In this document: piece by piece, positions 53,121 through 56,859 of the stretch
Layout: each line of letters begins with the position of its first letter
Numbering within the stretch: the stretch's first letter is position 1
DNA from: Candidatus Micrarchaeota archaeon
Lineage (GTDB): Archaea; Iainarchaeota; Iainarchaeia; JAADDC01
DNA: 56,859 nucleotides
Direction of reading: 5' to 3'
Assembly: GCA_027011045.1 (NCBI GenBank)
Contig: JALVAT010000040.1
Location: 1 to 56,859, forward strand
Made by a program: the position numbers and the translations under genes
Notes under the pieces: generated by a model
The model's input: the letters and a program-made list of their open reading frames with translations, nothing else
Databases searched by the model: none
Told to the model about the DNA's origin: nothing

Positions 53121-54047
53121 CTATTTTTTGCAGGTAACTGGCCGCGGCAGATTGAGCTCCCTGTTTGAAACAGTGCAGTAAAAGCCATCCTCCTTGAAGC
53201 AGTTTCTGTAAAATGCGCATATATTTTCCCTATTTTCCGGGTAATCGATTGCTAGAATGAATTTCCCATCGTTCCTGATCCATCTTAGGTATTTGAGAGC
53301 CCAATTAACGTCGCGCGGATTTCTTTTTACGTCACCAACGTGCCACGTGTCTTCTTTGCCAACCCCGTCGATGGCTGCCCTGTATTCTGGATAGCGGTAG
53401 AGTTCGATGGCGTTCTGGGGCACTATGAGGAATTCTGGGTTTATCGACTTTGCTGTAGTGGATATCTTCCAAACAAGGCGCACCATTCGTATTGCTGCAT
53501 CCGGAACGTTCCTATCCTCCCAGTATTCGTACGCGTCGACGATGTCCAGATATGCCCCCGAGTAACCCTGCGTTACGATCTTCATCAGTCGTTGCATGAC
53601 GATCTCTTCCCAGCGTGGATCCCAGAATCGCACCTTAAAGTTCCCACGCCAGTTGGGATTCTCATCTGCTACGAAATCTGGGTTTCCTGGCTGCCACCAA
53701 GGTTTCCAGTAGTCCCTGTAGTTCTCCGCCTCACCTATGCTGAGATACGCTAGGACGATCTTTCCCATTCTTCTTAACTCCAACAGCTGTTCCCGCGTGA
53801 TGTTCGCATCGTCCGGATCTACAACAATATACCTTACGTTAAGGTCAACTAAGTTCCCGTACTCAGTATTCTGAAGTTGGTAGTGCCAAAGCAAATTCAA
53901 ATCGTCGTTATGCTCCTGTCTATCGACAGAATATCCAAATCTTGCCCCGTACGGTGCAAGAATAGCGATAATCCAAGCAGTAATTAAAACGAGGAGCCCC
54001 ATGAACCCTATTTTCAGGCGTACCACATTCCGCACTCCCCTATCCAC
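53121..54047 (-). CDS. MJ1477/TM1410-family putative glycoside hydrolase (GH114-like TIM barrel), membrane-anchored
   Basis: An N-terminal TM helix is followed by WHYQLQN, IVVDPDD, VLAYLSIGEAENYRDYW, GAYLDIVDAYEYW and LIVPQNAIEL, in the order seen in GH114/TM1410-like proteins. Confidence 0.7.
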   Translation of the reverse strand: MDRGVRNVVRLKIGFMGLLVLITAWIIAILAPYGARFGYSVDRQEHNDDLNLLWHYQLQNTEYGNLVDLNVRYIVVDPDDANITREQLLELRRMGKIVLAYLSIGEAENYRDYWKPWWQPGNPDFVADENPNWRGNFKVRFWDPRWEEIVMQRLMKIVTQGYSGAYLDIVDAYEYWEDRNVPDAAIRMVRLVWKISTTAKSINPEFLIVPQNAIELYRYPEYRAAIDGVGKEDTWHVGDVKRNPRDVNWALKYLRWIRNDGKFILAIDYPENRENICAFYRNCFKEDGFYCTVSNRELNLPRPVTCKK

Positions 54048-54145
54048 TAGCCCATCTTTGGTACCCCTTGGTTATAATCCTTCGGGTTTTAACACCGTTA
54101 ACACTTTAAGCGCTTTTTAACACTGTTAAAACAGAGGTGGTTGAC

Positions 54146-54724
54146 ATGGCAAAGACGACCTTCGAGGAGGAAATCTACCTGAGGGTTCTTACGGGGAGGC
54201 TTGTGGGCAAGGCCTTGGCGGACCTCGGCGCGAACAAGGTAGCGGTGGTCGTTCCGAAGAATTTCATCTGTGATGCCATGGGTTCGGCTACCCTTTCGGC
54301 GTTCCTTGCCCACAGTGGGAACCCCGGGCGTATCTTTGTGGTAGAGGGCGAGGAGGACGCCCAGAGGATCATAGACTACAAGCCCAGGCTGATTGTCCTT
54401 CAGTTCGGCGGCGAAACGCCTGCTGAGGAGACCAAGCGGCTCTTCGGAAAGATCGTGGATCGTCTTGCCGAGGCGGGCGTGGATGCAGACGTTGTTATCC
54501 ACGTGAGGACCTATGCCATGGGTGCCCTGGACGCAATAACGCGCAAGGACTTCCTTGAGAACAGGAACGTCTTCGTGTACACCGTGGACTTCGACAAGGG
54601 AGCAGTGTACATCAACAAGCTGGAGAACGGAGAGCTCGTGCCACTGAGGGAGTACCACGTGACGCTCGAGCACGCGGATCTGCTAAACCGCAGCTTGAAG
54701 GACCGCGCAGTTTGTTTCCAGTGA
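54146..54724 (+). CDS. Hypothetical cytoplasmic protein
   Basis: 192 aa from the ATG at 54146, preceded by AGAGGTGG. No motif recognised. Confidence 0.5.
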   Translation: MAKTTFEEEIYLRVLTGRLVGKALADLGANKVAVVVPKNFICDAMGSATLSAFLAHSGNPGRIFVVEGEEDAQRIIDYKPRLIVLQFGGETPAEETKRLFGKIVDRLAEAGVDADVVIHVRTYAMGALDAITRKDFLENRNVFVYTVDFDKGAVYINKLENGELVPLREYHVTLEHADLLNRSLKDRAVCFQ

Positions 54725-54882
54725 TCCTCATTTTTCTTTTTACCTATTCTCTGTATTCTTTGGTTTTTGTCGAACTGAGCACCACCGTTCCGCATTATAA
54801 GCACTTGCGCGCTATGGTAATACTTGGGGAATTTGTGTTTCTCCGGATTTTGGTGCTTCAATGGGGGGAGGAGGTGATTTAG

Positions 54883-55431
54883 ATGTCTAATAATGCCGGT
54901 AAGAGTACATCGGTACGGTTAACTCTTTTTGGCGTGGGGTTGTTTTTGGTTTTTATAGGGTTAGGCGTTTTGTTTAACATATCGCTGGCAGAAACTGCCT
55001 CAAGGGTGTTTACTGGCACTATCTCGATTATTATTGCAATTGCAGGTCTTGGGGCAATTGGCACCGCGTTTTTCATGAATGTTCGGGAGGGCTGGTCTCG
55101 CGCCTACTGGTTTGTCCTTGGTGTGATATACCTTGCTCTTGCTGGGGCAATATGGGACAATCCTGGAGCGACTGCAGAGTTCATTACGGTTTTGATTGCG
55201 GGTCTGTTTGTGCTTGCGGGGCTTGTGAAGTTCGTCATGGCATATCTAAACCAACACAGAACACCATATTGGGGACTCTCCGCAGTGATGGGCATCATTA
55301 CGTTCTTCTTTGGAGTATTTGTTCTGGCTCACTGGCCAGCAATCTCGATGCCGTTTATAGGGATGTACGTGGCGCTAGAGATCCTCTCGACCGGGTTAAA
55401 CATGATTATGAGTGGGTTAGCATATGAATAG
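54883..55431 (+). CDS. HdeD/DUF308-family membrane protein (second copy)
   Basis: 182 aa with 6 TM helices and DUF308-like repeats (YWFVLGVIYLALAGAIW, FITVLIAGLFVLAGLVKFVMAY). A GGAGGTGA RBS lies upstream. Confidence 0.7.
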   Translation: MSNNAGKSTSVRLTLFGVGLFLVFIGLGVLFNISLAETASRVFTGTISIIIAIAGLGAIGTAFFMNVREGWSRAYWFVLGVIYLALAGAIWDNPGATAEFITVLIAGLFVLAGLVKFVMAYLNQHRTPYWGLSAVMGIITFFFGVFVLAHWPAISMPFIGMYVALEILSTGLNMIMSGLAYE

Positions 55432-55560
55432 CGCCCAGACTTTGTTTTATTGTGCCCTTCTTTCTCCTCGCATTCTTGTGCGTTATCCAATAAGAAGCAG
55501 TTCCATACATCTAGACTACGTGGAGCTCTCAAAAGCTGGGGAAAGAAGAATCGTTTGAGA

Positions 55561-55633
55561 TGCGCCGGCCGGGATTCGAACCCGGGTCGTCGGCGTGGAA
55601 GGCCGACGTCCTACCAGGCTAGACTACCGGCGC
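55561..55633 (-). tRNA. tRNA-Gly (anticodon UCC)
   Basis: The reverse complement folds as a cloverleaf: acceptor GCGCCGG/CCGGCGC, D arm GUCU...GGAC, anticodon stem UCGGC/GCCGA with loop CUUCCAC, T arm CCGGG-UUCGAAU-CCCGG, and discriminator A. CCA is not encoded. Confidence 0.9.
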
Positions 55634-55655
55634 CCGAATTTTATCGGATTGGTGG

Positions 55656-55663
55656 TTTTTAAA
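55656..55663 (-). promoter_or_regulatory. TATA-like box (TTTAAAAA on the minus strand) upstream of tRNA-Gly
   Basis: It lies 23-30 nt upstream of the mature tRNA 5' end, the usual archaeal TATA position. Confidence 0.45.
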
Positions 55664-56117
55664 GGTATATCGGAGGGCGGATATGTAAAATTTTACCAGC
55701 CGCTGCGGATCGGCGGATTATACGGAGAAGTGGGTGCTGGGCCGGTGCTGTTTCTACACGTTCTCGAGAACGCGTCCAAGGAAGCGCTTCAATATTATTA
55801 TACAGGACTTTGAGCAATATAAAGCCCATCCGTCGCCCCTTATATACCACCATCAAGTAGTATTTTTTTGCCCGTTGGGCGGGGGCGTTTGCTTGGGTGG
55901 TGAGCTGAGGTTCTCCGCGAACTCGCCCCCATCCCTGCTGATAAGCGGCGGATTGTTCTTCCTGTTGAACAACGACCCCAGAGGGTGGTTGCTGATCCTT
56001 CTAGTGCTGCAATGGTTGCCGATGCGTATAGGCTGGCTAAAGCAAGGGGCGGCCAAATGTGTGGGGCAGGATAGTCCTCCCTATCTTTTTTACGCGCCTG
56101 ATTCATGAATTTCTATC

Positions 56118-56561
56118 ATGCTATCGCGTGTGATGGTTGCCTTGCTACTCGCGGTTCTAACGTGGCTGCTTTTCGCACCTGTATTTACTGATGGTGGAGA
56201 AAACAGTCGTATCGTCGTAAAGGAGCTGCGCGTGCTCCCTGCGGCCGGGGAGAAAGTGGGCCTCCAACATGTCGTGTGCTCTGGTAGCGTGGTCGAGTTC
56301 TCTGCGGTATTCCGAACATTCTGCGACTCAGACGCTAAGATAACGGCTGCTGCCGAACTCGAGGAGCCAAAAGAACTGCGAATAGTCCTCCGCTACGACG
56401 GTATGGCAACGAAATGCCTGTGTAGCCGTCTTGTGCGCGGCGTTATTGATATCTCCACTTCTAGGGGCGTAATGGGCGATCTGAATGTTGTACTGGTGTT
56501 GGAAGAGCCGTCAAGCTACGTGGGTAAGATCGTGGACTGGCGTATCGTTTCCTGCAGTTGA
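56118..56561 (+). CDS. Secreted or anchored hypothetical protein
   Basis: 147 aa with an N-terminal signal/TM sequence (VMVALLLAVLTWLLFAPVF) and several Cys. No motif recognised. Confidence 0.5.
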   Translation: MLSRVMVALLLAVLTWLLFAPVFTDGGENSRIVVKELRVLPAAGEKVGLQHVVCSGSVVEFSAVFRTFCDSDAKITAAAELEEPKELRIVLRYDGMATKCLCSRLVRGVIDISTSRGVMGDLNVVLVLEEPSSYVGKIVDWRIVSCS

Positions 56562-56625
56562 TATTCTCATACTGTAACGTTGTAAACACCCGTGAATCTG
56601 CGGCAACGGGTTTGAAAAGAAGAAG

Positions 56626-56699
56626 TGGACCCGCCGGGATTTGAACCCGGGGCCTCCCGCATGCCAAGCGGGCGCTCTGCCGGACTGAGCTACGGGCCC
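56626..56699 (-). tRNA. tRNA-Ala (anticodon GGC)
   Basis: The reverse complement is GGGCCCGUAGCUCAGUCCGGCAGAGCGCCCGCUUGGCAUGCGGGAGGCCCCGGGUUCAAAUCCCGGCGGGUCCA. It has a 7-bp acceptor stem with the G3:U70 Ala identity pair, anticodon loop UUGGCAU, T loop UUCAAAU, and no encoded CCA. Confidence 0.92.
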
Positions 56700-56859
56700 A
56701 ACCGATCCTCGGTTGACGCGGAGCTAACTGGGGATCTGCGATCCCCAGGTATGCACCGGTTGTGTGTGGCGGCCGAAGTGCTACAACCGCCATCCCGGTT
56801 GACGTGAGCGTGCATGGGGCGCTCGCTTGCGCTCGACCCCATACTCAACCGGTTGGGAC

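Noticed and set aside
55450-55662. The 70-aa ORF in the track overlapping the tRNA-Gly locus.
   Set aside because: It is the antisense translation of a GC-rich tRNA gene. The cloverleaf is unambiguous.
56626-56859. tRNA-Ala as part of an rRNA operon spacer.
   Set aside because: The anticodon is GGC rather than the spacer-typical UGC, and no 16S 3' end (GGATCACCTCC) is present in the 160 nt upstream.

Overview
The window reads as an archaeal chromosomal segment, probably from a thermophilic euryarchaeon. Supporting signs: GGAGGTGA-type ribosome-binding sites or TATA-proximal, leaderless-looking starts, two very GC-rich tRNAs without encoded CCA, and archaeal marker genes (AGOG glycosylase, DacZ-type diadenylate cyclase, PDO, 1Fe superoxide reductase, archaeal Prx, archaeal-type ValRS). 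About 70 genes are packed tightly on both strands. Most are housekeeping or transport genes: glmS, valS, hisS, thiI, gdhA, trxB, M32 carboxypeptidase, P-type H+-ATPase, and MFS, APC, MATE and ArsB/NhaD permeases. Thiol-redox and oxidative-stress functions are unusually dense: Bcp, a CcdA plus membrane-thioredoxin operon, Prx/half-ferritin/SOR, PDO-TrxB with a divergent ArsR, a CoA-binding::FTR-catalytic fusion, and a second secreted CPHC protein. Several small accessory islets sit between these. The best candidate for an undescribed system is a co-directional pair at 27124-29185: an Arch_ATPase/DUF234 NTPase followed by a small protein whose C-terminal half carries the ordered TopoVI-A/Spo11/JetD-type Toprim signatures. 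It lies next to a block of uncharacterised helical proteins and an HExxH protein whose paralog, with the motif lost, sits in the P-type ATPase operon. Other accessory items are VapBC plus a solo Cas4-like nuclease with no CRISPR array, an XRE/DUF2178/SdpI-like membrane operon, and a box C/D sRNA whose D-guide plus D box is duplicated 129 bp downstream. There are also three genes interrupted at or near homopolymer runs, and GC-rich structured non-coding sequence at both window edges. All functional calls come from motifs read by eye in the supplied translations. No database search was run.
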